A stretch of 64,000 nucleotides of DNA. It comes from an uncultured Verrucomicrobiae bacterium (lineage in GTDB: Bacteria; Verrucomicrobiota; Verrucomicrobiia; Chthoniobacterales; JAFAMB01). The notes under the pieces were generated by a model that worked only from the letters and a program-made list of their open reading frames with translations, did no database searches and was not told where the DNA came from. The translations under genes were made by a program, and so were the position numbers. Below, in pieces: positions 9,342 to 18,986 of this stretch; within the stretch, counting starts at the first letter, position 1, and every line of letters starts with the position of its first letter. The DNA is taken from contig CAWEXO010000014.1 of assembly GCA_963813025.1 (NCBI GenBank), positions 64,001 to 128,000 of the forward strand. The letters run 5' to 3'.

Positions 9342-10604
9342 ATGTCGCCTGAGATAGTGCCGGTGGCATCCGCCATTCTGCTCCTTCTGGCTCTGGCATC
9401 GGCTTTTTTTTCGGGAATGGAGACGGCCCTGTTCTCGATCAGTGGTTTCCATCTTCGGCGGTGGCAAGAACGAGACGCGAAGGCGGCGGCTCAATTCCAG
9501 GAACTCATGGCCAAACCGCGGAGTGTGCTGAGTGTTATTCTTCTCACCGACACGCTCATTAATATCCCTCTGATCGTGCTGTCGCTGGCCTGGGTGAACT
9601 CCGTGAGCAGCCCCGTGCCTGCCTGGGTGCAGACCTTAATCCTCTTCGGTCTTATCGTCGTTCTCTGCGATCTCCTGCCGAAGACCCTCGCACTAATCGA
9701 TCCTTTTCGGTTCGCCAAATCGGCTATTCGGATTCTCAGGTTCCTGATGCCGGTGATGGCGCCCGTTTCCAATTCACTGGAGCGGACGGCGGAACGTGCC
9801 GCCGATCTTTTCTCAAAGGCAAAACCCGAAGCCCAGGTCCATCTCGCCGATGACGAATTGATCACCTACATCGAGTGGAGCGCTGAGGAAGGCGAACTGC
9901 GGGATGATGAACGCGAGATGATTCGGGAGATAATCAAGCTCGGGAACAAAACCGTTGGTGACTGTATGACCCCTCGGGTAGATGCCTTCACGATTCCCGA
10001 TACCCTGGACAACGAAGAGGCGGTTCGCGAACTTCGGATTAAGCGCCATGGCTGGGTCCCAGTATACGGCGAAAGTCCGGACGAGATCCTGGGCATCCTT
10101 GATGTGAAACGATTCCTTCTTGATCCGGCGGAACACTACACTGAAAATCTCGATCCACCTTCTTATGTTCCCGAAACAATGCGGGCGCTCGATCTACTCG
10201 GGGCCTTTCTGACCCGTTCCCGGCGTCTCGCGATCGTCGTTGATGAGTTCGGTGGGACGGAGGGGCTGATCACCTTTAATGATCTGGTCGAGGAGATCAT
10301 CGCTGACGCCGCTCCGCGCGGCGACGATGAACTCTATATCGAACCAACCGCCGATGGTAAACTGTTGGCCAGTGGCAGCGCCCGGCTTGATGATTTGAGC
10401 GAAGCGTTGCATGTCGAAGTTGCTCACGAAGGGGTCGATACGATTGGCGGCCTGATCTTTACCCGGCTGGGATACCTGCCAAAGGCCGGCACGCGCGTGG
10501 AAATTCCGCCACTGGCCCTCGAAATTCGTCAGAGCAGCCGGAAACGGATTCTTGAGGTCGTGGTCGAACCGTTGGCGACATCCGAGGCGATCGGGCAGAC
10601 GTGA
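9342..10604 (+). CDS. CNNM/CorC (hemolysin C-like) DUF21-CBS-CorC protein
   Basis: SAFFSGMETALFS, MTPRVD, VVDEFGGTEGLIT, DTIGGLI. Confidence 0.92.
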   Translation: MSPEIVPVASAILLLLALASAFFSGMETALFSISGFHLRRWQERDAKAAAQFQELMAKPRSVLSVILLTDTLINIPLIVLSLAWVNSVSSPVPAWVQTLILFGLIVVLCDLLPKTLALIDPFRFAKSAIRILRFLMPVMAPVSNSLERTAERAADLFSKAKPEAQVHLADDELITYIEWSAEEGELRDDEREMIREIIKLGNKTVGDCMTPRVDAFTIPDTLDNEEAVRELRIKRHGWVPVYGESPDEILGILDVKRFLLDPAEHYTENLDPPSYVPETMRALDLLGAFLTRSRRLAIVVDEFGGTEGLITFNDLVEEIIADAAPRGDDELYIEPTADGKLLASGSARLDDLSEALHVEVAHEGVDTIGGLIFTRLGYLPKAGTRVEIPPLALEIRQSSRKRILEVVVEPLATSEAIGQT

Positions 10605-11551
10605 ATTGGCTCGTATTCGTGTTTTGTCTGTTTTTTTCTTTCGTTTTCTCCGGGACCGAAACGGGTTTGCTCTCGCTCAATCGAGTGCGTTTACGCCACC
10701 TGGCTCGTCAAAAAGATCCGGCGGCAGTCCGGCTGGAGCGGCTGCTACAGAATCCTACACGGCTGTTTGTCACGGTTCTTTGCATCACTAGTCTCTCGAA
10801 CATCACGGCGATCGTGCTCCTGACCGGCCAGGCTGTTGAGTTTTTCGGCAGGGCCGGGTACCTGGTTGCTTTGGCGGTTGCGGTGCCGCTGCTGCTTCTG
10901 GTGGTCGAAGTGCTACCTAAATCGATTTTTCGACGTTTTCCTTATCGAGCGCTCGCTTCCACCGCCATTCCGCTGGAGATAGCGTCTTTCCTGCTCGCGC
11001 CTTTCCTCAACTGTGGGGCTGTTCTGGCGCGTCACCTGTTTCGCGCCCCTGGACCCCGAGAGCTTTTTGTCGCTCGCGAAGATTTGAAATACGTCACCAG
11101 CGAAATCGAGCGGCTGGGCATGCTCAGTAGTTTCGAACGCCAGATGATTCATAACGTTGTCGATTTTCGCGCAGTGCGGGTGCGCGACGTCATGGTACCG
11201 CTGGCAAATGTTATCTCCGTAAGGCCGGAGACACCCTTGGAAGAGGTTGTCCGTCTCTCACGAGAGACCAAGTACGATCGGTTTCCCGTAGTTAGTTCGG
11301 ACGGGCGAATTCTTGGCGTTGTGAACGTGCTCGACTTGATCGTAGACCGGCGCCCCGAGGCAGTCGCCCGCCAATACCTTCGGCGGGTTCTTCATATCAA
11401 ACCCGACGAGCCTGCATCGACTGTTGTGCGGCGGCTCCGGGCGTCGCCTCAGAGCTTGGCGGTGGTCGACGCGAACCAGAAGCCGGTTGGCGTGGTGAGT
11501 GTGGAGGATCTGCTCAATCCACTGGTAAAAACGCGATCGATTTCCGAGTAG
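10601..11551 (+). CDS. Second CNNM-family protein (DUF21-CBS, no CorC domain)
   Basis: FSGTETGLLS, EVLPKS, VRDVMVP; overlaps upstream stop (GTGA). Confidence 0.9.
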   Translation: MNWLVFVFCLFFSFVFSGTETGLLSLNRVRLRHLARQKDPAAVRLERLLQNPTRLFVTVLCITSLSNITAIVLLTGQAVEFFGRAGYLVALAVAVPLLLLVVEVLPKSIFRRFPYRALASTAIPLEIASFLLAPFLNCGAVLARHLFRAPGPRELFVAREDLKYVTSEIERLGMLSSFERQMIHNVVDFRAVRVRDVMVPLANVISVRPETPLEEVVRLSRETKYDRFPVVSSDGRILGVVNVLDLIVDRRPEAVARQYLRRVLHIKPDEPASTVVRRLRASPQSLAVVDANQKPVGVVSVEDLLNPLVKTRSISE

Positions 11552-11801
11552 CGAGCGCGAAATCTGCTGTAGCATGTCGGCAAGCGAGGCCGTGCCTCAG
11601 ACAAAAGAGATTTTTTGAAAAAAAACCGACCTGTTGCCTGCCTCATCCGGCAGACTCGCTGTACAAAGTCCCTAGTGAGAGCCGTCCGAAAAAAACTTGA
11701 TTCATCTACGTCAAATTCCAGTGTTCAAGGAGTCTGACGCGGAGCGCCTGTCTGTTAAGAGTATGCGCAGCCCGAAACCAGATCTTTAATTGCCTGGCAT
11801 T

Positions 11802-12971
11802 ATGTCCACCGATTTATCGTCAACCACCGCAGCACCCGCCCCGGTTTACTCCCGGAAAAATCCATTTTCAGCGAAACTGCTCGTGAATCGCAAACTGAAT
11901 CTGGCCGGTTCGGAAAAGGAGACACGCCACTTCGAGTTTTCCCTGGCCGGTTCGGTTTTGCGCTATGAAGTGGGCGATTCCATGGGTGTCTTCCCGCAGA
12001 ACGATCCTGTTCTGGTGGAGGACCTTCTGCACGCCTTGCACTTTTCTGGGGGAGAAACGGTCACGACAAAGGAAGGCGACGTTCTGACCATGCGTGAGGC
12101 GTTGCTCCGTCAATACCAGATCACCCAACCCAGCAAACAGTTCCTGGAAGCGATCGCTCAGCGTTCTGCGAGTGCCGGGGAATTAGCGGAATTGATGCAC
12201 CCCGACCGGAAATACGATCTGGATCATTATCTCTGGGGATTGGAGGTTATCGACTTTCTACTGGATAACCCTTCGGTACGATTCACGCCGGAGGAGCTGG
12301 TGGCAACCTTACGTAAACTGCAGCCGCGCTTATACTCGATCGCTTCCAGTCTCAAAGAGCTGCCGGAGCAGGTACACTTGATGATTGCGACGGTCCGTTA
12401 CGAGAGCCACGGAAGACAACGCACCGGTGTCGCGTCGACTTATCTGTCGGATCGACTCTGCCTTGGTGGGACGGTGCCGATGTTTGTCCACGTCGCTAAA
12501 GGCTTTCGGCTGCCGGAGGATCCAGCGATGCCCATCATCATGGTTGGACCAGGGACGGGTCTGGCGCCGTTCCGGGCCTATCTGCAGGAACGCCGGGCGA
12601 CCGGAGCTACTGGCCGGAATTGGCTCTTTTTCGGTGAACAACGGGCTAACTCCGATTTCTTTTACCGGGAAGAATTTGCCGAGATGCAGCGCGAGGGGGT
12701 GCTTACGCGTTTTGATACCGCGTTCTCACGCGACCAAGCGCACAAAATTTATGTGCAGCACCGCCTGGCGGAGAATGGGCAGGAAGTGTATGCCTGGCTT
12801 GAAGAGGGTGCTCATTTCTATGTCTGCGGCGATGCGGCGCACATGGCCAAAGACGTCGATGTGACGCTCCACAAGATCGTTGAGGAACAGGGCGGTAAAA
12901 CACCGGAGCAGGCCGCAATGTATGTGGAAGACCTGAAAAAGGCGAAACGTTATAAGCGGGACGTATACTAA
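11802..12971 (+). CDS. Sulfite reductase flavoprotein-like FAD/NADPH oxidoreductase (no flavodoxin domain)
   Basis: PRLYSIASS, GPGTGLAPFR, YVCGDA, RYKRDVY. Confidence 0.9.
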   Translation: MSTDLSSTTAAPAPVYSRKNPFSAKLLVNRKLNLAGSEKETRHFEFSLAGSVLRYEVGDSMGVFPQNDPVLVEDLLHALHFSGGETVTTKEGDVLTMREALLRQYQITQPSKQFLEAIAQRSASAGELAELMHPDRKYDLDHYLWGLEVIDFLLDNPSVRFTPEELVATLRKLQPRLYSIASSLKELPEQVHLMIATVRYESHGRQRTGVASTYLSDRLCLGGTVPMFVHVAKGFRLPEDPAMPIIMVGPGTGLAPFRAYLQERRATGATGRNWLFFGEQRANSDFFYREEFAEMQREGVLTRFDTAFSRDQAHKIYVQHRLAENGQEVYAWLEEGAHFYVCGDAAHMAKDVDVTLHKIVEEQGGKTPEQAAMYVEDLKKAKRYKRDVY

Positions 12972-13897
12972 GCGGAGGGAGTGGAGGGAGCGGCTTCAGC
13001 GGAGGGATGTAGCGCGAGAGCAGAGGGAGATGAGAACGGGGGATGTCGGGTAGTGTCGGCTTTTTTGTTTTGCTGTCTAACCTCCGGGGCAAGTTGTTCT
13101 GAGGACGGCAGCTCGAGCCGGCGAGACCGCCCTCCAGGCGGTCGGTCCAGCGCCGGGCGAGCTGTGAGCAACGGGCTTTGGCGTTGTTCAAGTCCTCGGC
13201 AACAACTTGCCACTTTTCTCATGCTTACAGGGCGGCGTCAGCCGCCAAAAATCGTTCGCCGAATTGGATCGCAAATTGCGTCGCGGCCAGCTTCCAGGTC
13301 ACCGGCGGATTTTTCCATCTTTTGGTAATGTTGCCCAAGGCAAGCTAAATCAATTTGCTAGCCGCTTCGTCGCTGGGAAAATGCCCGCGGGTTTTGAGTA
13401 TCTTGCGTAATTGCATGTGCAGACTTTCGATCGCGTTGGTCGAGTAAATGATTCGGCGGATCTCGGCCCGATAGGCAAAGAACGGGACGACTTGGTCCCA
13501 GACTCTGCGCCAGCTTTGGATGCATCGAAACCGCTAAAACGCTTCTGGCCCTTGCGGATAAACTGAGGTTCAAATTGCCCAGCGCGCTCCCGTGGGATGT
13601 CGATTTGCAGCTCGCCTTCCTCGGTCAGCATGGTCTTTTTGCCGGCTCCGTTGCGGTAGTTCTCCCGTACCACCCCCTCTGCGCACTTGGGCGCCTGGCC
13701 TTCTGATAGCCCAAATGATGGCTCATTTCGGTTCCCAAAATCCGCTCGTAGAGCCGTTTTGGTGAGTTGCTCCAGGATCCCTCCACTTCCCACCACCACA
13801 CACAAACCCCGAACACGCTCGATATTTTTGTTAGTTTGATAGCTACATCCCTCCGCTGAAGCCGCTCCCTCCGCTTAATATCCGCTCCCTCCGTTAG
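12970..13897. repeat. GCGGAGGGA-type long palindromic repeat (arms 12970-13048 and 13821-13897) split by an IS256 remnant
   Basis: taagcggagggagtggagggagcggcttcagcggagggatgtagc / gctacatccctccgctgaagccgctccctccgctta; homologous to 15808-15982. Confidence 0.85.
13049..13820 (-). mobile_element. Internally deleted, degraded IS256-family remnant
   Basis: Fragments EMSHHLGY, RNGAGKKT...IDIPRERAGQFEPQFIRKGQKRFSGFD joined directly to the C-terminal IYSTNAIESLHMQLRKILKTRGHFPSDEAA; IS256-like end GAGCGTGTTCGGGGTTTGTGTG. Confidence 0.85.
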
Positions 13898-15400
13898 CTA
13901 AGGCTCGGTGACTTCCCGGACGAACACGTTCAATTGACCGTCCGCTCCGCGCCGAACATCCATGATCTGAAAGGGTCGATCGGCTCCTCGCTGCAGATTC
14001 TCGCCTTCGCGCGGTGTGGGCAGGCCGCGCGGCACCTCTACGACAACGCGGACATTACCTCGATTGAGCATACGATCGGCCAAGGATTGTCTTGGCCGCA
14101 ACACTGCGCGATTCTCACGCGCCGCGGTCACAACGAATTCCCCCCGCAGATAGATCGGGTCTCGGCCAAGGCCGCGATCAGCCAGATCCGCCGTTCGATC
14201 CGCCTCAATCAACCGCCCTCGCGGCATCTGACCAGGCCGATAGGTTGACCAGGAACGGATCTGGTCGTTGCCGGGCGTCGCTGCGGTGGTAAGCACCGGA
14301 GCCGCGGAAGGGTTTGGCGATGGCTCTGCCACGGGCGCTTTGACGAGCTGGGCTCTCGGCACTACCGGTTCTTTTTTCGCCGCCGCTGTTTCTGCGGAGG
14401 AAAGGCCAGCCGGCGGAGCCTCGGAAATCAACGGGACTGGACCTTTCAGCCCTGACTTTGTCGACGGTTTAGAGGAAGCCGCCGCCGTAGCAGGACCAAC
14501 CGGCAAAGCGCGCGCGATAGGGACCAGCTCGAAGGGCGTCGGGCCATTAGCGGCAGAGCCGGTGAGACCGTTGGCTCGCTTTACCGCGGAGTAAGATGCT
14601 GCCTCGATACCGGTCGCGCGCCGATACTCCGCATATCGCTTTTCGGCGTTCTCGATTTCGGCAGGTTTGGCGACTGGCAGGCCAGCCTTCACATTCACAA
14701 TTTTCGGAGGCTCCAGCCGAAAACCCGCTCCACTTTGAGTCGTACCATACGGGCCATACAACAAAGGCACGCAAGTAAACAGCAAGCGCCCGCCAGAGGC
14801 CGGCTTTACGTGAATAATCGCCGAAAGATCATAGGAGCGCCGAAACTCAATACCCAAGCCGGTAACCAGGATGTGCTGCATGGCCGGCAGGTTTTCCTTG
14901 GAAGCCGGGAAAAGATGTTCGACCAAAACCGCCGGCACGTCGACCGACTGGGCAATTACCGCGACGCCGCTGGTGAAAAACCGATCGTTCTGGAGTGGTA
15001 TCGCATCCAGCACAGTGAACTTTCCGGTTACGTAAGGCAATTTGGAAACCTGGTGATCGTAATTCCGCAAATAAGAGCGCAACAGACCATCGCTTTCGGC
15101 ACTGAGTTGGTTGGCGGTCATTGACCCGTAGCGTTGCAGCAGCTTATCCGGGCTGAGAAATTCTCCGGAAGGAGCAGCAGTCAATTCGAATCGCCTGGGC
15201 GAGTCCAGCTTGTGTAATCGACTGAGCAGCTGATAAGCAAACCCGATTTCCGGATGGCTAAAGATGTACAAGGTGCCGATCCAGCAGGTCAGCGCAAAGC
15301 CACATAAAAGGAGGATGAAGACCGTCCAGGCAAACAAATTCTCGTCCGCCGGAGCATGAATTTCACGACGTATCGGGCGTCCCAGCGGTACAGCTTTCAT
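13898..15400 (-). CDS. Hypothetical membrane-anchored protein with Pro/Ala-rich linker
   Basis: 500-aa ORF, N-terminal TM (LFAWTVFILLLCGFALTCWIGTLYIF). Confidence 0.8.
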   Translation of the reverse strand: MKAVPLGRPIRREIHAPADENLFAWTVFILLLCGFALTCWIGTLYIFSHPEIGFAYQLLSRLHKLDSPRRFELTAAPSGEFLSPDKLLQRYGSMTANQLSAESDGLLRSYLRNYDHQVSKLPYVTGKFTVLDAIPLQNDRFFTSGVAVIAQSVDVPAVLVEHLFPASKENLPAMQHILVTGLGIEFRRSYDLSAIIHVKPASGGRLLFTCVPLLYGPYGTTQSGAGFRLEPPKIVNVKAGLPVAKPAEIENAEKRYAEYRRATGIEAASYSAVKRANGLTGSAANGPTPFELVPIARALPVGPATAAASSKPSTKSGLKGPVPLISEAPPAGLSSAETAAAKKEPVVPRAQLVKAPVAEPSPNPSAAPVLTTAATPGNDQIRSWSTYRPGQMPRGRLIEADRTADLADRGLGRDPIYLRGEFVVTAARENRAVLRPRQSLADRMLNRGNVRVVVEVPRGLPTPREGENLQRGADRPFQIMDVRRGADGQLNVFVREVTEP

Positions 15401-15439
15401 GAAGGGCACGTGGAGCCAATAATAAACGCCCGAGACGTG

Positions 15440-15775
15440 TCAAGCTTCGGCCGATTTTTCAAACGAACTGCCGCAACCGCAACTTCGTACTGCATTCGGA
15501 TTGCTGATTTTAAATCCCGCCCCGGTGAGGCTGTCGGAAAAATCAACCGTCGAACCACGCAGAAAATCGGCGCTATAAGCATCTACCAAAACTTCGACAT
15601 CTTCCCGGCGAACGCGTTGATCGCCCTCCTTGGCGTGATCGAACTGCATTCCGTATTGCATTCCGGCGCAACCCCCGGTCTCGACATAAATCCGGAGCGC
15701 CTTGTCCCGATATTCAGGATGCTCCGAGATCAGCGTCTGAATTTGGCGAAAAGCAGCATCGGTAACAGTGATCAT
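15440..15775 (-). CDS. IscA/ErpA (HesB) Fe-S cluster carrier
   Basis: GGCAGMQY, NPNAVRSCGCGSSF. Confidence 0.95.
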   Translation of the reverse strand: MITVTDAAFRQIQTLISEHPEYRDKALRIYVETGGCAGMQYGMQFDHAKEGDQRVRREDVEVLVDAYSADFLRGSTVDFSDSLTGAGFKISNPNAVRSCGCGSSFEKSAEA

Positions 15776-15807
15776 GATAGCGCGGTAAAGTACCAAATTA
15801 TGAGATA

Positions 15808-15982
15808 CCAGTCAATTGAGCGGAGGAAGCGGCGGGAGCGGCTTCAGCTGAGGGAAGTAGCGCGAGAGCGGAGGGAGATGTGAACAGAGAAATGTCGAGG
15901 CCAACCTGATATCTTTCGCAAATTGACACCTACCTCCGCTCGCGGAAGCCGCTCCCGCCGCTTCCTCCGCTCAATTGACTGG
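15808..15982. repeat. GCGGAGGGA-type palindromic repeat, 38-bp perfect arms
   Basis: 15808-15845 is the reverse complement of 15945-15982. Confidence 0.95.
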
Positions 15983-16016
15983 CATTTGTCACTTGCCCAG
16001 CTGTACCCTCTCCCAT

Positions 16017-16186
16017 GCCAAAAGAGAGGTGCGTTTTCGCGAGCCCGATCAGGTTCATAGCACCCTCCTCGAAGTCGTTCGATGCACCCTCGAATCCGAT
16101 CGGACCCGCTGGACTTCACAATTTCGCGCCGCGCCGCGAACGACAAGAGGCGCTTTGCCGGCTGACGAACTCACCCACAGGCCCGC
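16017..16186 (+). repeat. 170-bp direct copy of mutL internal segment 17280-17449, fused to a copy of the mutL leader and ATG
   Basis: Two mismatches only (16068 C/17331 G; 16166 C/17429 G). Confidence 0.95.
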
Positions 16187-16215
16187 AGCCGGGTACGGTA
16201 CCAAGTTATGAGATA

Positions 16216-16341
16216 CCAGTCAATTGAGCGGAGGGAATGTGAACAGAGGGATGTCGAGGCTAACCTGATATCTTTTCTTAGTTGCCACCTACCTCCAGCC
16301 GCGGAAGCCGCTCCCGCTGCTTCCTCCGCTCAATTGACTGG
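16216..16341. repeat. Shorter copy of the GCGGAGGGA-type palindrome in the mutL leader
   Basis: ccagtcaattgagcggagg ... cctccgctcaattgactgg. Confidence 0.9.
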
Positions 16342-16373
16342 CATTTGTCACTTGCCCAGCTGTACCCTCTCCC

Positions 16374-18269
16374 ATGGGTCGGATCCTGCTCTTGCCCGAT
16401 GAAGTGGCCAGCCAGGTAGCGGCCGGCGAGGTAGTCGAACGTCCGGCCTCTATCGTCAAAGAATTGGTCGAGAACAGCCTAGACGCGCAAGCGAGCAGAA
16501 TTGAGGTGGCGGTTGTGCGTGGCGGCATGACATCGATCCGAGTGACCGACAACGGCACCGGAATGGATCGGGACGATGCGCTGCTCAGCCTCGAGCGCCA
16601 TGCTACGAGCAAAATCCGATCGGGAGAGGATCTCGCTCGGATCCACACCCTTGGTTTTCGGGGAGAAGCGCTTCCCAGCATCGCAAGCGTTACCCGGTTC
16701 CGTATGTCTACCCGGCCGCGCGAGGCTCTGGAGGGAACCGAGATTCTGGTCAGAGGAGGTAAAATCGAGTCGGTTCAAGCCGCAGGCGAAGCGTCCGGAA
16801 CGTCGATCGAGGCACGCTCTCTGTTTTTCAATCTTCCGGCCCGCCGAAAATTCCTGCGGAGCGAAAACACGGAACTGTCCCACATTCAACACCAGTTGTT
16901 GTTGCAGGCAATTGCCCGTCCATCGGTCGGTTTTACTTTTCTGCGAAACGGCGAAGTCGTTTTTCAAGCGCCCCCGGTGCAGGATCTCGTCGATCGGGTG
17001 AGAGACTTGCGAGGTGCGGAATTTCTGGAGCATTTGCTCCCGATTTCTCCCGCGAAAAGCCATCAGATAAGGTTGAGCGGTTTGCTTGGCCGCCCCGGTG
17101 TCAGTCGAGCGACTCGCGCCGAACAGCTGATTTTTGTGAACGGACGGCCGATCGAAAACGCGCTGGTCTCGCGCGCCCTGAGAGAAGGCTATCACACTGC
17201 TCTGATGAAGGGTCAGTACCCGGTCACCATTCTCTTCATTGAAATGGATCCAACGTCGGTCGATGTCAATGTGCATCCGGCCAAAAGAGAGGTGCGTTTT
17301 CGCGAGCCCGATCAGGTTCATAGCACCCTCGTCGAAGTCGTTCGATGCACCCTCGAATCCGATCGGACCCGCTGGACTTCACAATTTCGCGCCGCGCCGC
17401 GAACGACAAGAGGCGCTTTGCCGGCTGAGGAACTCACCCACAGGCCCGCGGCGAAGAACGAACCATCTCAGCCACCCGAAGTCGGTCCACTCATCCCGAC
17501 CGCCGAGCAGGTCTCACTCCGGCATGACTGGTCAGAAATCCCGATTTCGCGTGATACCGGGCGAGCGGACCAATCGTCGATAAGGGGTTCAGCAGCGCGC
17601 CCCGAACACCCGGACAACGATACGGCCGATCGATTCGTTTTACCTGAGTCCAAGCGCGGGGAACCGACTGGTGCGGTCTCGTCGCCGCCCACCGAGATCC
17701 GAATTATCGGGATCTTAGGAAAACTGTTCATTCTAATGGAGAACAAAGACGGGCTGGTGCTGGTCGATCAGCACGCGGCGCATGAACGCATTTTATTTGA
17801 GCGCATGCGTCGGCAGGTTGAGCAGGGTGGAGTGCCAAGCCAGCGATTACTCATTCCGTTGACGATTCAGGTTGGGCCGCGTGACTACGATTGGCTGCTT
17901 GGACATGCAGAAAGCCTCGAACGAATGGGCTTTAATCTCGAGCCTTTCGGTGAGTCGACGCTGAAGATCGATAGCATCCCCCAGTTTTTTCGGGTTTATG
18001 ACCCCGCGGGCGCGGTCCGGCGTCTCCTGGACGAGCTCAAATCAATTACGGCGAGCACTTCCAGCGCTCGGCTGGGCGAAGACGTCATTGCCAAAACAGT
18101 GTGCCGTCACGCGATTAAGGCAAACGACGAGTTACGCCGACCCGAAGCGGAGCAACTGGTGACTGACCTTCTGTCGTGTGACCTGCCTTACTGCTGTCCG
18201 CACGGCCGGCCCACCATGATCCAGATTCCTTATCAGGAATTGGAAAAGAAATTCGGGCGCAGAGGCTAA
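16374..18269 (+). CDS. mutL: DNA mismatch repair endonuclease MutL
   Basis: AAGEVVERPASIVKELVENSLDA, GFRGEAL, DQHAAHER, CPHGRP. Confidence 0.98.
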   Translation: MGRILLLPDEVASQVAAGEVVERPASIVKELVENSLDAQASRIEVAVVRGGMTSIRVTDNGTGMDRDDALLSLERHATSKIRSGEDLARIHTLGFRGEALPSIASVTRFRMSTRPREALEGTEILVRGGKIESVQAAGEASGTSIEARSLFFNLPARRKFLRSENTELSHIQHQLLLQAIARPSVGFTFLRNGEVVFQAPPVQDLVDRVRDLRGAEFLEHLLPISPAKSHQIRLSGLLGRPGVSRATRAEQLIFVNGRPIENALVSRALREGYHTALMKGQYPVTILFIEMDPTSVDVNVHPAKREVRFREPDQVHSTLVEVVRCTLESDRTRWTSQFRAAPRTTRGALPAEELTHRPAAKNEPSQPPEVGPLIPTAEQVSLRHDWSEIPISRDTGRADQSSIRGSAARPEHPDNDTADRFVLPESKRGEPTGAVSSPPTEIRIIGILGKLFILMENKDGLVLVDQHAAHERILFERMRRQVEQGGVPSQRLLIPLTIQVGPRDYDWLLGHAESLERMGFNLEPFGESTLKIDSIPQFFRVYDPAGAVRRLLDELKSITASTSSARLGEDVIAKTVCRHAIKANDELRRPEAEQLVTDLLSCDLPYCCPHGRPTMIQIPYQELEKKFGRRG

Positions 18270-18377
18270 TCAAAGCCAAGATTTAAAAAAATGTCCCAGA
18301 TGCTAGGGACGAAAACGTGACCGCAGCAGTGGCGAGGCGCCGCTTCAAATTTGTGGCATTTCTCTTGTCCCTATACG

Positions 18378-18501
18378 GGTAGGGCGAAATTTATTCGAGC
18401 GCCAAGGGAGAACTTGTTTGAGCCGTCTGGAGCGCCCGGCCGTTCCAGCGCCCGGCTCGAACGAGTCTTCGCCGAAGGCTCAGATAAATTCTCGCCCTAC
18501 C
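18378..18501. repeat. GTAG-type REP/REPIN-like palindrome, overlapping the ybeY 3' end
   Basis: ggtagggcgaaatttattcgagc...gctcagataaattctcgccctacc; second copy at 55976-56123. Confidence 0.85.
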
Positions 18502-18959
18502 GGAACACGGCCAGCCACCTTGTCGGCGCGGCGAGCGAGTCGCACCAGGCGCTGTTGAACTCCCCGCATCTCGCGAGCGGCATTTGCCTCGCTATCGTCG
18601 TAGCCCGCCAGATGCAAAATACCGTGAACCAGATACAGCTCGACTTCAGCGAGACAGGTCGACCGATACCGGTGCGCTTGTCTGGCGGCTGTCTCAACGC
18701 TGATGAAAATCTCACCGTGATGAAAAGTGATAACGTCAGTCGGTTCGTAAGTTCCCAGGAACTGGTTGTGCAGGCGGGCCATTCGTTCATCCGAGATCAG
18801 CACGACCACGATCTCGAATAAATTGGAGAACTGGCTGGCTCTTTTGGCGAGCGTCAGAGACAGAGCGCGCTCGGCAAATTGCTGAAGTCCTTGTCTGGGT
18901 ATCGAGTGCTTTCGTTGGCGATTAAGCACTCGAACTATCGGGACAGAGGAGCGGGCCAT
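18480..18959 (-). CDS. ybeY: rRNA maturation endoribonuclease YbeY
   Basis: PTDVITF, GEIFISVE, VHGILHLAGYDD. Confidence 0.92.
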   Translation of the reverse strand: MARSSVPIVRVLNRQRKHSIPRQGLQQFAERALSLTLAKRASQFSNLFEIVVVLISDERMARLHNQFLGTYEPTDVITFHHGEIFISVETAARQAHRYRSTCLAEVELYLVHGILHLAGYDDSEANAAREMRGVQQRLVRLARRADKVAGRVPVGREFI

Positions 18960-18986
18960 CGAAAAGCGGACCAATGATCAAGGAGA

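Noticed and set aside
16017..17449. 170-bp repeat pair as DGR template/variable repeats
   Set aside because: The two mismatches are C/G, not adenine-specific, and no reverse transcriptase is in the window
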